DNA of 64,000 bases. Origin: Candidatus Fervidifonticultor secundus (GTDB lineage: Bacteria; Sysuimicrobiota; Sysuimicrobiia; Sysuimicrobiales; Humicultoraceae). The stretch spans positions 40,413-104,412 of the forward strand of contig JAVKIP010000003.1 in NCBI GenBank assembly GCA_031459385.1, read 5' to 3'. The notes under the pieces are model-generated. The model was not told the DNA's origin. It did no database searches and saw nothing but the letters and a program-made list of their open reading frames with translations. How positions within the stretch are numbered: the first letter of the stretch is position 1; the number at the start of each line of letters is the position of its first letter. Both the position numbers and the translations under genes were made by a program. Shown one piece after another: positions 1 to 10,359 of this stretch.

Positions 1-1263
1 GTTCCGGGGGCGGATCACGGGGCCCATGGGCGCCCGCGCCGCCCGTGGGTCCGGTGGCTGCTGTGGGGCACTCCTGCGCTGATCGTGATCGTCGGCGGGC
101 TGCTGGCAGGCCTCTACCTGTACCTCGTGGGTCAGGTGGCGGTGCGCGAGGTGACGGTGCGGCGGCCGCGCGTCCCCGCGTTCGCCTGGCCCCTGCGGCT
201 CGTCGATCGCGTCAACGTCCTCGTCATCGGGACCGACATCACCCTGGACAACCGGCGACGTGTCCTGAACGTGGCGCGCGCCGACGCGCTGGCGCTCGTG
301 ACCTTCGACCCGGAGCGCGGCCGCATCGGTGTCCTCTCGATTCCCCGCGACACCCGCGCGGTGATCCCCGGCCACGGGGAGGCCAAGATCAACGCCTCGT
401 ACGCCTATGGCGCGGCCGGGCTGACCATCCGTACGGTCGAGCAGCTGCTCGGCGTGCGCATCCCCTACTACGTCAAGCTGGGTCCGGACTCGTTCGCCAG
501 GATCATCGACGCGCTGGGCGGGGTCGAGGTCGAGGTGGAGAGGGACTTGAAGTACACCGACTCGTGGGCCGGCTACACCATCGACCTCCGCAAGGGCCGA
601 CAGCGCCTCACGGGCGAGCAGGCCACGGGCTACATCCGTTTCCGCCACGACGCCCTGGGGGACATCGGGCGTGTGGAGCGCCAGCATCGTCTGCTCGGGG
701 CCCTGCTAGCGCAGCTCAAACAGCCGTCGACGCTGCTGGCGGCGCCCCGTCTGCTGCGGGCCGTGAGCGCGCACACGGACACGAACCTGCGCCCGGCCGA
801 GTTGATGGCGCTCGGCGTCTTCGCCCTGCGCGTGCGCGACCACCCGCTGCAGGTGCACACGCTGCCCGGGACCTTCGCGCCCCTGTACTGGGAGCCCGAC
901 CGCGCCCGGGTGCGCGCGCTCGTCGCCGACCTCTTCTACGGCGTCACCCTGGAGGAGGTGGCGGCGGTCCGCGTGGAAGTGCTGAACGCCAGCGGCACCA
1001 CCAGGCTGGCCCGGCGCGTGGCCGAGCGCCTGGCGGGGCTGGGGGTCACCAGGATCCGCGTGGATCGCAGCCCCCGTCCTGCGGATGTCACCACGATCAT
1101 CGACCGGACCGGGCGCCGCGGGCTCGTCCAGATGGTGGCGACGGCCCTGGGGGGAGCGGCGGTCCGCCGCGAGGCGCCCGCAGGCGAGCCTTCGATGACG
1201 ATCGTCCTGGCCAGGGACGCAGCCCGCGTCCTCTCCGCCACGCCGTTTCGACGGACCGACTGA
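1..1263 (+). CDS. LCP (LytR-CpsA-Psr) family cell-wall polymer ligase with C-terminal LytR_C domain; 5' end runs off the window
   Basis: Frame is open from base 1. N-terminal TM helix; motifs NVLVIGTD, RAD, LSIPRDT, KINASY, YIRFRHD..GDIGRVERQ; C-terminal VEVLNASG (LytR_C). Confidence 0.9.
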   Translation, partial: VPGADHGAHGRPRRPWVRWLLWGTPALIVIVGGLLAGLYLYLVGQVAVREVTVRRPRVPAFAWPLRLVDRVNVLVIGTDITLDNRRRVLNVARADALALVTFDPERGRIGVLSIPRDTRAVIPGHGEAKINASYAYGAAGLTIRTVEQLLGVRIPYYVKLGPDSFARIIDALGGVEVEVERDLKYTDSWAGYTIDLRKGRQRLTGEQATGYIRFRHDALGDIGRVERQHRLLGALLAQLKQPSTLLAAPRLLRAVSAHTDTNLRPAELMALGVFALRVRDHPLQVHTLPGTFAPLYWEPDRARVRALVADLFYGVTLEEVAAVRVEVLNASGTTRLARRVAERLAGLGVTRIRVDRSPRPADVTTIIDRTGRRGLVQMVATALGGAAVRREAPAGEPSMTIVLARDAARVLSATPFRRTD

Positions 1264-1350
1264 CCGGGGGCGACCGCACGCGCCGGGTTGACGCGCGCAG
1301 CGGCCGGACGGCACGCCGGTCGGCACGCTGTGCGACACGGCGGGCCGCAC

Positions 1351-1440
1351 AAAATGTCAGCGGCCGCCGCAACCGAGTTAGGCCGGGTCGCTCCCGAGGG
1401 AGTACCTCACTCCCACCTCAGCCGCCAGCAGACCGCTGAC
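1351..1440 (-). ncRNA. Unassigned structured RNA element (long helix capped by two hairpins, followed by AUUUU); may also act as a terminator
   Basis: On the minus strand GUCAGCGGUC..GCGGCUGAG pairs with CUCGGUUGC..GGCCGCUGAC, using several G-U pairs that would be A-C mismatches on the + strand. Inner hairpins GGGAGU/ACUCCC and UCGGG/CCCGG. Confidence 0.45.
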
Positions 1441-1472
1441 GAGTTTCACCCTATCACGGGACCTTCGGGCCG

Positions 1473-2720
1473 TCAATCCGAAACGGTCGTTCCCCTCCTG
1501 TGGATCGTGTGGACAGGTGGCGCCACCTGACGCACGAGCGCCGCGAGCCGCGCGATCCCGGCGCGAATCGCGTCCTCGGACGAGTAGGAGAAGTTCAGGC
1601 GCAGCGTGTTGCGGCCGCTGCCGTCGGCAAAGAACGCCTGGCCGGGGACGTACATCACGCCGGCATCCACCGCCGCGCGCAGCATCGCCCCGGCGTCGAG
1701 CCCCTCGGGCAGCCGCACCCAGAGGAACAGCCCGCCGTCCGGGCGCGTCCAGCTCACGCCTGCCGGCATCTCCTGCGTCAGCGCCTCCAGCATCACGTCG
1801 CGCTTGCGCCGGTACAGCGCCACCGTCGCAGGGAGACGTCGCAGCAGATCGCCCCGCCGCAGGAGCGCCGCTGCGATCGCCTGGGTGAGGGACGGGCTGC
1901 AGAGATCCATGGCCTGCTTGACAGTGACGCAGTGGGCCACGACCGGCTCAGGGGCGGCGATCCACCCGATGCGCAGGCCCGGCGCCAGCGTCTTGCTGAA
2001 CGTGGACAGGTAGAGCGTGCGGGCCTCGCCGTCCAGTGCCGCGATGGGCGGAGGCGCGGTACCGGCGAACCGCAGCTCCCGGTAGGGGTTGTCCTCCACC
2101 ACCAGGGCGCCAAACTCGCGGGCCAGGGCCAGCAGCTGCTCGCGCCGTGCGCGGCTCCAGGTGACCCCGGAGGGGTTCTGGAAGTCCGGCACCGCATACA
2201 GCAGTTTGATCCGGCGCCCCGCGCCCCGCAGGCGGTGCAGGGTCTCGGCCAGGCGGTCCACAGCGATGCCCTCGTCGTCCTGCGGGACGCCCACCAGGTC
2301 GGCGCCGTAGGCGCGGAAGGCCTGCAGGCCGCCGAGGTAGGACGGCAGCTCCACCACCACGACATCGCCCGGATCCAGGAACACCTTGCCCACCAGATCC
2401 AGCGCCTGCTGGGACGATGTCGTGACCAGGACGTGCTCGCGGGTCAGGTGCAGCCCGTCCTTGGCCATCCAGGTCACGAGCTGGTCGCGCAGCACCGGGT
2501 CGCCCTCGGTGGGCCCGTACTGCAGGCAGAGCGCGGCCTCCGAGCCCAGGATCTCCTGCGTCACCTCCGCGATCTCGGCCACCGGGAATGTGGACGGGTC
2601 GGGGAACCCGCCCGCGAAGGAGATGACGTCGCGCTGCCGGGACACCTTGAGCAGCTCGCGGATCAGCGAGCGTTCGGCCGTGCGGGTCAGGCGGGCAAAG
2701 AGTGCCTGGTAGTCGATCAT
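1473..2720 (-). CDS. PLP-dependent aminotransferase class I/II (2-aminoadipate/aromatic aminotransferase, LysN/Aro8-like)
   Basis: ISFAGGFPDP, LQYGPTEG, PDFQNPSG, EDNPY, STFSKTLAPGLRIGW, GGLFLW, LRLNFS; GGAGG before ATG at 2720. Confidence 0.9.
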   Translation of the reverse strand: MIDYQALFARLTRTAERSLIRELLKVSRQRDVISFAGGFPDPSTFPVAEIAEVTQEILGSEAALCLQYGPTEGDPVLRDQLVTWMAKDGLHLTREHVLVTTSSQQALDLVGKVFLDPGDVVVVELPSYLGGLQAFRAYGADLVGVPQDDEGIAVDRLAETLHRLRGAGRRIKLLYAVPDFQNPSGVTWSRARREQLLALAREFGALVVEDNPYRELRFAGTAPPPIAALDGEARTLYLSTFSKTLAPGLRIGWIAAPEPVVAHCVTVKQAMDLCSPSLTQAIAAALLRRGDLLRRLPATVALYRRKRDVMLEALTQEMPAGVSWTRPDGGLFLWVRLPEGLDAGAMLRAAVDAGVMYVPGQAFFADGSGRNTLRLNFSYSSEDAIRAGIARLAALVRQVAPPVHTIHRRGTTVSD

Positions 2721-2766
2721 CGTGCCCTCCCGGGATGCTCCCCCGGGGTCTTCCCTGCCGGCGGCG

Positions 2767-3642
2767 TCATTCCCTGTCCCTGGCATCGGCCAGGCGCGCG
2801 AACTCCTCGACCGAGAGCGTCTCGCCGCGCCGCCGCGGGTCGATGTCCGCCCGCGCGCACCAGGCCACCACATCCGCGGCGGTCAGGCGCCGCTCGCCGA
2901 CCTGCCGCAGCGCGGCCCGCAACATCTTGCGCCGCTGCGCGAACGCGGCCCGGGCCACAGCCACGACATCTGCGAGACGGTCGGGGGACCGGATCGGCTG
3001 CGGGCGCACGTCCAGGCGGACGACCGCCGAGCGCACGCGCGGCGCCGGGTAGAAAGCGGTCCGCGGCACCCGTGCCACCAGCGCCGCACGCGCGTACGCG
3101 TGCACGAGCACCGTCAGCAGACCGTAGGCGGGCTGGCCGGGCGCTGCCAGCAGGCGGTCGGCCACCTCCTCCTGCACCATCACCACCAGCCGGCGCCCCG
3201 TGCCGGTTTCGAGCAGGCGGACCAGCAGCGGCGACGCAATCGAGTAGGGCAGGTTGGCGACCACCGCCGTGGGCGCCCACGGCAGCCCGATCCAGGGCAG
3301 GGCCAGGGCGTCGCCGTGCACGACGTGCACCCGCGGCTCCCGCGCACAGACCGCTCGCAGCACCGACACCAGCCGCGGATCCACCTCGACGGTGATCACG
3401 CGCGCGCCGGTGCGGGCCAGCGCCGTGGTCAGCGTGCCGATGCCGCCGCCGATCTCCAGGACGACGTCGTCGGGGTCCAGGCCTGCAGCCGCCACGATCC
3501 GGTCGAGGAGCCGCCGGCTGACCAGGAGGTGCTGGCCACGCGCGGGCCGCAGCCGCAGGCCGAACGTGCGCAGCACCGTGGCGGCGCCGGCGCGGCTGGC
3601 GAGGTCGAGGTCAGGAGGGAGCGCCGGGGCGCCGGCGGTCAA
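2767..3642 (-). CDS. rsmA: 16S rRNA dimethyladenosine transferase
   Basis: GQHLL, VLEIGGGIGTLT, VANLPYSI, MVQEEVADRL, FYPAPRVRS, AFAQRRKML, RRGETLS. Confidence 0.95.
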   Translation of the reverse strand: MTAGAPALPPDLDLASRAGAATVLRTFGLRLRPARGQHLLVSRRLLDRIVAAAGLDPDDVVLEIGGGIGTLTTALARTGARVITVEVDPRLVSVLRAVCAREPRVHVVHGDALALPWIGLPWAPTAVVANLPYSIASPLLVRLLETGTGRRLVVMVQEEVADRLLAAPGQPAYGLLTVLVHAYARAALVARVPRTAFYPAPRVRSAVVRLDVRPQPIRSPDRLADVVAVARAAFAQRRKMLRAALRQVGERRLTAADVVAWCARADIDPRRRGETLSVEEFARLADARDRE

Positions 3643-4655
3643 CGCGACGCGCGGGATGGGGCAGGGGTGGACAGGATGTAGACGCGCACCGGTCGCCGGC
3701 CGAACCGGATCGCCTCACGGGCCGTGTTGAACCCCAGGTCGATGCGGTGCCCCTTGATGGCGCCGCCGGTATCGCCGGCGATGGCGACGCCGTACCCCTC
3801 GATGTAGAGCCGCGCCCCCAGGGGGATCACGCGGGGATCCACGGCGACGACCCCATAGCCGGCGCGCATGCCCGTCGCGGTGACATCGTCCACTCCCCAC
3901 CCGGTCCACGGTGCGTATCCCGTGGCTTCCATGTGGAGGATCTCCTTGCCCGCGAACTCCCCGCGCGAGGCGACCATCCGCCGGGTGCCGACGTGCACGA
4001 TCCGGGCGTGCGGGGGCTGGACCAGCACGTGCCCCACGTCGCGCCGGCCGATGACGACGCCGTCGGCAAGGGTCACGGCCACGCGCCGCAGGCGCAGCCC
4101 GGGCCGGCCGGGCTGCACGACGCGCATCAGCCCCCGCGGCAGCCCGTCGTCGGGACGCAGCACGCGTCCCGGGCGCACCCGCTCCACCTCCTCGACGATG
4201 CGGGTCTCGATGCGGACGACACGGACCAGAGCGCCTGGGACCAGGGCGACGTCCCGAGCAGGGAAGACCCGATCACCAGGCCGGACCACCAGCCCGCCGG
4301 GGCGCTCGGCGAGGAGTTCGTCCACGGTCTCCGCCGCGCTCAGCACGCGGTACTGCGTCCGGCCGACCGCGACGGTCACGGGGACGGCGCGCCGCACGCG
4401 AAGCGTCGTGCCCGAAGCCACGGGCGTCGCGCGCGGAGGCCGCACGCGGTCGTGCGGCCCGAGCCGTACGCCGGCGTCGGTCAGCACCTCGTCCACCGTG
4501 GCCCGCCAGGTCAGGATCACGCGGGAGGTGGCGTCGGTGACGACGACGACGGCCTTGTAGGCGTCCGTCAGGGCTGCCGTGCTGATGGCGGTGACGAGCG
4601 TGGAGAGCACCCATACCAGCCCGAGGCGCCGTGCGGAAGCGCTCAAGCCTCTCAC
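3639..4655 (-). CDS. YabE/RpfB-like cell-wall protein (DUF348 repeats + G5 + 3D domain)
   Basis: ATVDEVL..GVRLGPHDRV repeats, G5-like segment, 3D domain (TATG, VVAVDPRVIPLG, AGDTGGAIKGHRIDL); directly upstream of rsmA. Start may be TTG at 4646. Confidence 0.88.
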   Translation of the reverse strand: MRGLSASARRLGLVWVLSTLVTAISTAALTDAYKAVVVVTDATSRVILTWRATVDEVLTDAGVRLGPHDRVRPPRATPVASGTTLRVRRAVPVTVAVGRTQYRVLSAAETVDELLAERPGGLVVRPGDRVFPARDVALVPGALVRVVRIETRIVEEVERVRPGRVLRPDDGLPRGLMRVVQPGRPGLRLRRVAVTLADGVVIGRRDVGHVLVQPPHARIVHVGTRRMVASRGEFAGKEILHMEATGYAPWTGWGVDDVTATGMRAGYGVVAVDPRVIPLGARLYIEGYGVAIAGDTGGAIKGHRIDLGFNTAREAIRFGRRPVRVYILSTPAPSRASR

Positions 4656-4802
4656 CTCCGATCGGGCTGCCTGTCAGGGTCGGCCGGGCCGTGGGAGTGC
4701 GCCCGCCCGCGCACCGCCAGCCGGCGCGCAGCAGCAACACGGCGCGCCGCTGCGATCTCCCGCTGTGCATGAATGCGTCACTGAGATGCGGAGACTACGA
4801 CC

Positions 4803-4831
4803 AGTATAGGAACTCGTGGGGCGACCCGCAA
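4803..4831 (-). promoter_or_regulatory. Sigma70-type promoter for the 3D-protein/rsmA operon
   Basis: Minus strand TTGCGG-17 bp-TATACT. Confidence 0.55.
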
Positions 4832-4858
4832 GGGACGCCGGGGCCGTCACCGCACCAG

Positions 4859-5269
4859 CTACTGTCCGCGGTCTTCCACCAGTTCCACCAGCACGCCGTG
4901 CAGGTCGCGGGGATGGAGGAAGGCCACGCGCATCCCGTGGGCGCCCGGTCGGGGCGCCCCATCCACCAGTGCCAGACCTGCCGCGCGTGCCCGGGCCAGG
5001 GCCGCCGCCACATCGGGCACCGCGAACGCCAGGTGATGCAGACCCTCACCCCGGCGCGCGATGAAGCGCGCCACGGGCCCACGGCCGTCCAGCGGCTGCA
5101 GCAACTCCAGCAGGACGGTGCCGGCGGGCACGAAGAGCACGGCGACCGCATCGTGCTCCAGGTGTTCGGGGGCGCCGGGCTGCAAACCCAGCGTCTCGCG
5201 ATAGAAGCGCGCCGCCGCCTCGAGGTCCCGCACGGCGATGCCGACGTGGTGCAGCCGCATGGCCGTCAC
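4859..5269 (-). CDS. mce: Methylmalonyl-CoA epimerase
   Basis: LHHVGIAVRDL, LELLQP, GEGLHHLAFAV, GAHG..VAFLHP..GVLVELVE; next to meaB and the mutase. Confidence 0.92.
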   Translation of the reverse strand: MTAMRLHHVGIAVRDLEAAARFYRETLGLQPGAPEHLEHDAVAVLFVPAGTVLLELLQPLDGRGPVARFIARRGEGLHHLAFAVPDVAAALARARAAGLALVDGAPRPGAHGMRVAFLHPRDLHGVLVELVEDRGQ

Positions 5270-6216
5270 CGGGACGCGCCGGCCTGCAGCAGCCGGTCGG
5301 CCGCGGCATGCGGGTCGAGTTCCCCGGTGGCTACGCGGGCGGCCAGGTCCTCGAGCAGCGCGGCGGTGGCGTGCAGCACCCGCGCGCGCAGTCGCGCTTC
5401 GGCGATGCGCAGGATCTCGCGCTGCCAGTGCGCCCGTCGCCGGGCCTGCAGCGCGCCGGTGCGCTCCAGGTGCGCCCGGTGCTCGCTCAGCGCGGCCAGC
5501 ACGGCCCCCACGCCTTCGCCGGTCGTGGCCACGGTCGTGAGCACCGGCGGGCGCCAGCCCGCAGCGGGCAGCAGGTGCACGACCAGCTGCAGGTCGCTCA
5601 CGAGCCGGCTGGCCTCGGGCCGGTCGGCCTTGTTCACGACGAACAGGTCGGCGATCTCCATGACGCCCGCCTTCAGCGTCTGGATGGCGTCGCCCATGCC
5701 GGGGGCGGCCACCACCACCACGGTGTCGCATGCGGACACGACGTCCACCTCGGCCTGGCCGGTGCCGACCGTCTCCACGAGGATCGTGGTCGCGCCCCAC
5801 GCGTCCAGGATCGCCACGGCATCGCCGGTGGCCGGCGCCAGCCCCCCGAGGCTCCCCCGCGTCGCCATGGAGCGCACGAACACCTCGGGATCCGTGCTGT
5901 GATCCATCATGCGAATCCGGTCGCCGAGCAGCGCGCCGCCGGTGAAGGGGCTCGTGGGATCGATGGCGACCACCGCAACCCGCTGGCCGGCCTGCCGCAG
6001 GCCGCGGATCGCGGCGTTCACCAGGGTGCTCTTGCCCGATCCGGGCGGGCCGGTGACGCCGACGACGTGGGCGCGGCCCGTGTGGGGATGCAGCGCAGCC
6101 CGGGCGTCCCGCGCCGTCGCGCCGTCGTTCTCTACCAGCGAGATGAGCCGCGCGGCGGCCTGGGCCGACCCGGCCAGCACGGCGTCGGCGAGCCGGCGGG
6201 CGACCTCGGCGCTCAC
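5266..6216 (-). CDS. meaB: Methylmalonyl-CoA mutase-associated GTPase
   Basis: [53 protein letters not shown]. Confidence 0.95.
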   Translation of the reverse strand: MSAEVARRLADAVLAGSAQAAARLISLVENDGATARDARAALHPHTGRAHVVGVTGPPGSGKSTLVNAAIRGLRQAGQRVAVVAIDPTSPFTGGALLGDRIRMMDHSTDPEVFVRSMATRGSLGGLAPATGDAVAILDAWGATTILVETVGTGQAEVDVVSACDTVVVVAAPGMGDAIQTLKAGVMEIADLFVVNKADRPEASRLVSDLQLVVHLLPAAGWRPPVLTTVATTGEGVGAVLAALSEHRAHLERTGALQARRRAHWQREILRIAEARLRARVLHATAALLEDLAARVATGELDPHAAADRLLQAGASR

Positions 6217-7805
6217 ACCACCACGGGCGGTCGGTACGTGGAGAAGACGCCCCGCAGCGCGTCGCAGATCTCGCCCACCGTCGCGTACGCCTCCACGGCG
6301 TCGAGGATGTAGGGCACGAGGTTATCGCGCCCGCGCGCCGCCTCGCCCAGGCGGCGCAGCGTGCGCGCGACGGCGCCGCCGTCGCGCCCGGCGCGCACCT
6401 GTCGGAGCCGCGCCTGCTGGCGCGCCACCACCTGCGGGTCGACGCGCAGCGTCTCCACCCGGGCCGGCGTGGCGCTCTGGAACCGGTTGACCCCGACCAC
6501 CACCTTGTCCCCGCGCTCGATGGCCTGCGCCTCGCGGAAGGCGCTCTCGGCGATCTCGCGCTGGATCAGGCCCGCCTCGACCGCCCGGAGCACGCCGCCT
6601 GCGGCCTCCACCTGCTGGATGCGCTCGCGGGCCCGGCGTTCGATCTCGTCGGTGAGACGCTCGATGAAGTACGCGCCGGCCAGAGGGTCGGCGGTGGCGG
6701 CTGCGTCGGTCTCGTAGGCGATGATCTGCTGCGTGCGCAGGGCCAGCAGCGCGGCGTCCTCGGTGGGCAGGCCCAGGGCTTCGTCGCGGGCGTTGGTGTG
6801 CAGCGACTGCGTGCCGCCCAGCACCGCTGCCAGCGCCTGGAGCGTGACGCGCACGACGTTGTTGTCGGGCTGCTGGGCCGTGAGCGCCGCGCCGGCAGTC
6901 TGCGTGTGGAACCGCAGCATCGCCGCCCGCGGCTCGGACGGGGCAAACCGCTCACGCACCAGCCGGGCCCACAGGCGCCGCGCCGCGCGGAACTTCGCCA
7001 CCTCCTCGAGCACCGGCATCTGGGCCGCGAAGAAGAACGACAGCCGGGGGCCGATCTCGTCGACGCCCAGGCCGGCGTCCACCGCGGCCTGCAGGTAGGT
7101 CAGCCCGTTGGCCAGCGTGAACGCCACCTCCTGCACGGCGGTGGCACCGGCCTCCCGGATGTGGTATCCGCTGACGCTGATCGGGTTCCATCGGGGCAGG
7201 TGCCGCGCGCAGTAGGCGCAGAGATCGGTGACCAGGCGCAGGGACGGGCCCGGCGGATAGATGTAGGTGCCGCGGGCGATGTACTCCTTGAGGATGTCAT
7301 TCTGCGTCGTCCCGTCGATGCGGTCGCCGGGCACGCCCTGCTTGCGCGCCACGGCCACGTACATCGCCAGCAGGATCGCCGCGGTGGCGTTGATGGTCAT
7401 GGAGGTCGAGACGCGATCGAGCGGGATGCCGTCCAGCAGGACCTCCATGTCGGCCAGCGAGTCGATGGCGACGCCGACCTTCCCCACCTCGGGCTCGGCC
7501 AGGGGATGATCGGAGTCGTAGCCCATCTGCGTCGGGAGGTCGAACGCAATCGACAGGCCCGTCTGGCCCTGAGCCAGCAGATACCGGTAGCGCCGGTTGG
7601 ACTCCTCGGCCGTGCCGTAGCCGGCGTACTGCCGCATCGTCCACAGCCGGCCACGGTACATCGTGGGGTAGATCCCCCGCGTGAAGGGAAACTGTCCGGG
7701 CGCACCCAGGTCGCGCGCGTAGTCCACGCGCACGTCGTCGGGGCCGTAGACCACGGCCAGGGGCATCCCGTCGGTGGTAGTCACCTGGCGCGTGTCCTGG
7801 CTCAT
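6213..7805 (-). CDS. Methylmalonyl-CoA mutase, large substrate-binding subunit (no fused B12-binding domain)
   Basis: [17 protein letters not shown] (Tyr, as in MCM rather than ICM), [40 protein letters not shown]. Confidence 0.93.
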   Translation of the reverse strand: MSQDTRQVTTTDGMPLAVVYGPDDVRVDYARDLGAPGQFPFTRGIYPTMYRGRLWTMRQYAGYGTAEESNRRYRYLLAQGQTGLSIAFDLPTQMGYDSDHPLAEPEVGKVGVAIDSLADMEVLLDGIPLDRVSTSMTINATAAILLAMYVAVARKQGVPGDRIDGTTQNDILKEYIARGTYIYPPGPSLRLVTDLCAYCARHLPRWNPISVSGYHIREAGATAVQEVAFTLANGLTYLQAAVDAGLGVDEIGPRLSFFFAAQMPVLEEVAKFRAARRLWARLVRERFAPSEPRAAMLRFHTQTAGAALTAQQPDNNVVRVTLQALAAVLGGTQSLHTNARDEALGLPTEDAALLALRTQQIIAYETDAAATADPLAGAYFIERLTDEIERRARERIQQVEAAGGVLRAVEAGLIQREIAESAFREAQAIERGDKVVVGVNRFQSATPARVETLRVDPQVVARQQARLRQVRAGRDGGAVARTLRRLGEAARGRDNLVPYILDAVEAYATVGEICDALRGVFSTYRPPVVV

Positions 7806-8332
7806 ACGCCCCCACCGGGGTGGGCGCCGCTCGCGTGCAGCACGACCAGCACCTGCGCGCCGGCGACCTCCTGGCCGGGTCGCACGCGCACCTCGCCGAC
7901 CCGTCCGGCCGCAGGTGCCGGCACCTCCATCTGCATCTTCATGGCTTCGACGACGGCCACCGCCTGGCCCGCCGTCACTGCCTGACCCGGCGCGACGGGC
8001 ACGGCCACCACCAGTCCCGGCATCGGCGCGTGCACCTCCACGGCCCGGGCGCTGGCCGCCGCCGCCGCCCGCCGCGACGGCACCGGCAGCGCGCGCCGCA
8101 CCGTCAGGTCCGCGCGCGCCGGGCCCACGGTGACGCGCAGCCCTTCCTGGTGGGGGCGGATCCGGACAGCCCACCGCTGGCCATCGGCCTCCAGGCGCCA
8201 CCACTCGGCGCCTGCCAGCCGGTGGAGCCGCACGTGCCGGCGGGTCTCGCCCCACGCCACGACCAGCGCGTCCGCGTCCTCGCCCACCGCCACCCTGTGG
8301 AGCCGGCCTGCCAGTGCGACCTCCACGATCAC
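7802..8332 (-). CDS. Biotin carboxyl carrier protein (acetyl/propionyl-CoA carboxylase)
   Basis: APMPGLVV and VEAMKM biotinylation motif; GTG start overlaps the upstream stop. Confidence 0.9.
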   Translation of the reverse strand: MIVEVALAGRLHRVAVGEDADALVVAWGETRRHVRLHRLAGAEWWRLEADGQRWAVRIRPHQEGLRVTVGPARADLTVRRALPVPSRRAAAAASARAVEVHAPMPGLVVAVPVAPGQAVTAGQAVAVVEAMKMQMEVPAPAAGRVGEVRVRPGQEVAGAQVLVVLHASGAHPGGGV

Positions 8333-9795
8333 CGCAGCGCCTCCTCGCGCGCGGCGGCGACCCAGCGCAAGCCCGCACCATCCGCCGGCAGCAGCGGCGC
8401 GGTCAGCTGTCGGTAGAACCACGCGGCTGCGGCCAGCACGGCCACGTCGTCGATCTCCCCGGCGCCCCATGTCTCGGCGAACCGCACGTCGTAGGTGCCG
8501 GCCTGGAACACGGGTTGCTCGAGCGCCCACAGGTGGAAGGGGATCGTCACATCGACGCCCGAGATGTAGTACTCCGACAGCGCGCGGCGCATGCGGGCCA
8601 GCGCCACCTCGCGGCGCGGCCCCCAGGCAATGACCTTGGAGAGCAGCGGATCGTAGTGGCGCGAGACCCGCTGGCCGACCCACAGCCCACTGTCCACGCG
8701 GATGCCCGGACCGGCCGGCTCCACGAGACCGTCGATCACGCCCAGCGACGGCAGGAACTGCGCATGCGGGTCCTCGGCGCTGATGCGGCACTCCAGCGCC
8801 GCGCCCTGCCAGGCGACGTCTTCCTGCCGCAGATCCAGGGGCCAGCCTGCGGCGAGCTGGATCTGCCAGGCGACCAGGTCGCATCCGGTCACCACTTCGG
8901 TGACGGGATGCTCCACCTGCAGGCGGGCGTTAACCTCGATGAAGTAGAACTGGTCGCCGTCGAGGAGGAACTCCATGGTGCCGGCCCCGCGATAGCCCAG
9001 GGCGCGCGCCACCGCCACCGCTGCCTCGCCCAGGGCCGCGCGCGTCGCCGGCCGCAGCCCCGGCGCCGGCGCCTCCTCGATCAGCTTCTGGTGCCGCCGC
9101 TGCACCGAGCACGCGCGCTCGCCCAGGTGCACGACGCGGCCCGCGGCATCGGCCAGCACCTGGACCTCGACGTGGCGGGGCGCTTCCAGCCATCGCTCCA
9201 GGTAGACCCGGGGGTCGCCGAACGCGGCCTGTGCCTCGCCGCGGGCCAGCCGCAGCGCCGCGGGCAGCTCGTCCGGCGCCCCGACATGGTGAATGCCCTT
9301 GCCGCCGCCGCCGCCCACGGCCTTGATGAGCAGGGGGAACCCCAGGCGCGCGGCCTCGCCCGCGGCCTCCTCGTCGGTCACCGGCCCGGTGCCCGGGAGC
9401 ACCGGGACGCCGGCCGCCGCGGCCGCGGCGCGCGCCGCGGCCTTGTCGCCGCAGCGGGCCAGCACCTCCGACGGCGGGCCGATGAAGGTCAGCCCGGCGG
9501 CCTCGCAGGCAGCCGCGAAGGCCGGGTTCTCGGCCAGGAACCCGTAGCCCGGATGCACCGCGTCGGCGCCGTGGCGGCACGCGAGGTCAACGAGCAGCGG
9601 CAGGTTGAGGTAGCTCTCGGCCGGCGCGTCGCCGGGCAGCGGCAGCGCGGCATCCGCCATCCGCACGTGCGGGGCGCCGGCGTCCACCGGCGCGTAGACC
9701 GCCACCGGCGCCACGCCCAGGTCGCGGCACGCCCGGACGATCCGCACCGCGATCTCCCCTCGATTGGCGATCAGTAGGCGGCGAACCGGCCGCAT
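8329..9795 (-). CDS. Biotin carboxylase subunit (acetyl/propionyl-CoA carboxylase)
   Basis: [56 protein letters not shown]. Confidence 0.95.
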   Translation of the reverse strand: MRPVRRLLIANRGEIAVRIVRACRDLGVAPVAVYAPVDAGAPHVRMADAALPLPGDAPAESYLNLPLLVDLACRHGADAVHPGYGFLAENPAFAAACEAAGLTFIGPPSEVLARCGDKAAARAAAAAAGVPVLPGTGPVTDEEAAGEAARLGFPLLIKAVGGGGGKGIHHVGAPDELPAALRLARGEAQAAFGDPRVYLERWLEAPRHVEVQVLADAAGRVVHLGERACSVQRRHQKLIEEAPAPGLRPATRAALGEAAVAVARALGYRGAGTMEFLLDGDQFYFIEVNARLQVEHPVTEVVTGCDLVAWQIQLAAGWPLDLRQEDVAWQGAALECRISAEDPHAQFLPSLGVIDGLVEPAGPGIRVDSGLWVGQRVSRHYDPLLSKVIAWGPRREVALARMRRALSEYYISGVDVTIPFHLWALEQPVFQAGTYDVRFAETWGAGEIDDVAVLAAAAWFYRQLTAPLLPADGAGLRWVAAAREEALR

Positions 9796-9805
9796 CCCGA
9801 TCCGC

Positions 9806-10324
9806 TCACGCGTCGTCCTGCTCGTCCTCGTCCTCTTCGTCGGTGGAGCGGGGACGGTCCGGCCGGTACACCAGCGAGTAGCGCGCGATCTGAAACCCGC
9901 AGGCTTCCCAGAAGCGCAGGCCGCGCAGGTTGCCGGCCACGACGCCCGACTGGATCTCATCGGCCCCATGGCTCTTCAGCCAGTCGATGACGGCCTGGGC
10001 CAGCTTCCGGCCCAGGCCCTCGCGGCGGTACTCGGGATAGACGAAGAACTCCCCGATCTGCCCCACGGTGCGCGATTGGTCCGCCCAGTGCTTGGCCAGC
10101 ACGGCCACGACGAAGCCCACCTTGCGCCCGTTGTCGACGCCCCACCAGATGAACCGCCGCGCGGGGTCGGCAAAGAGCACCTGCAGGTAGCGGTCGAGCC
10201 AGGCGTCAGGCGGTGGCTCACCCATGATCTCCTCGCGGTAGCGCCGCAGCCAGTCGCGAAAGCGGGCGTCGCCGGCAAAGACGGGTTCGAGCTTCATGGG
10301 CACGAGAGTCCGCACGGAATTCAC
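9806..10324 (-). CDS. GNAT family N-acetyltransferase with acidic C-terminal tail
   Basis: FFVYPEYRREGLGRKL (motif A), N..GLRFWEACGF (motif B), tail DEEDEDEQDDA. Confidence 0.85.
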   Translation of the reverse strand: MNSVRTLVPMKLEPVFAGDARFRDWLRRYREEIMGEPPPDAWLDRYLQVLFADPARRFIWWGVDNGRKVGFVVAVLAKHWADQSRTVGQIGEFFVYPEYRREGLGRKLAQAVIDWLKSHGADEIQSGVVAGNLRGLRFWEACGFQIARYSLVYRPDRPRSTDEEDEDEQDDA

Positions 10325-10331
10325 CGCAGAG

Positions 10332-10359
10332 ATTCCACCTGTCCCGGGCGGATTCCTGG
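10332..10359 (-). promoter_or_regulatory. SigH-like promoter, probably leaderless for the GNAT gene
   Basis: Minus strand CCAGGAATC-12 bp-GTGGAAT, ending 7 nt before GTG at 10324. Confidence 0.45.

Noticed and set aside
1431-1489. CTGACGAG...CGAAAC resembling a hammerhead ribozyme core; partial likeness to glmS and ZTP motifs
   Set aside because: No NUH cleavage site or stem I in the required topology; the diagnostic 3' elements of glmS and ZTP are missing and there is no downstream gene.
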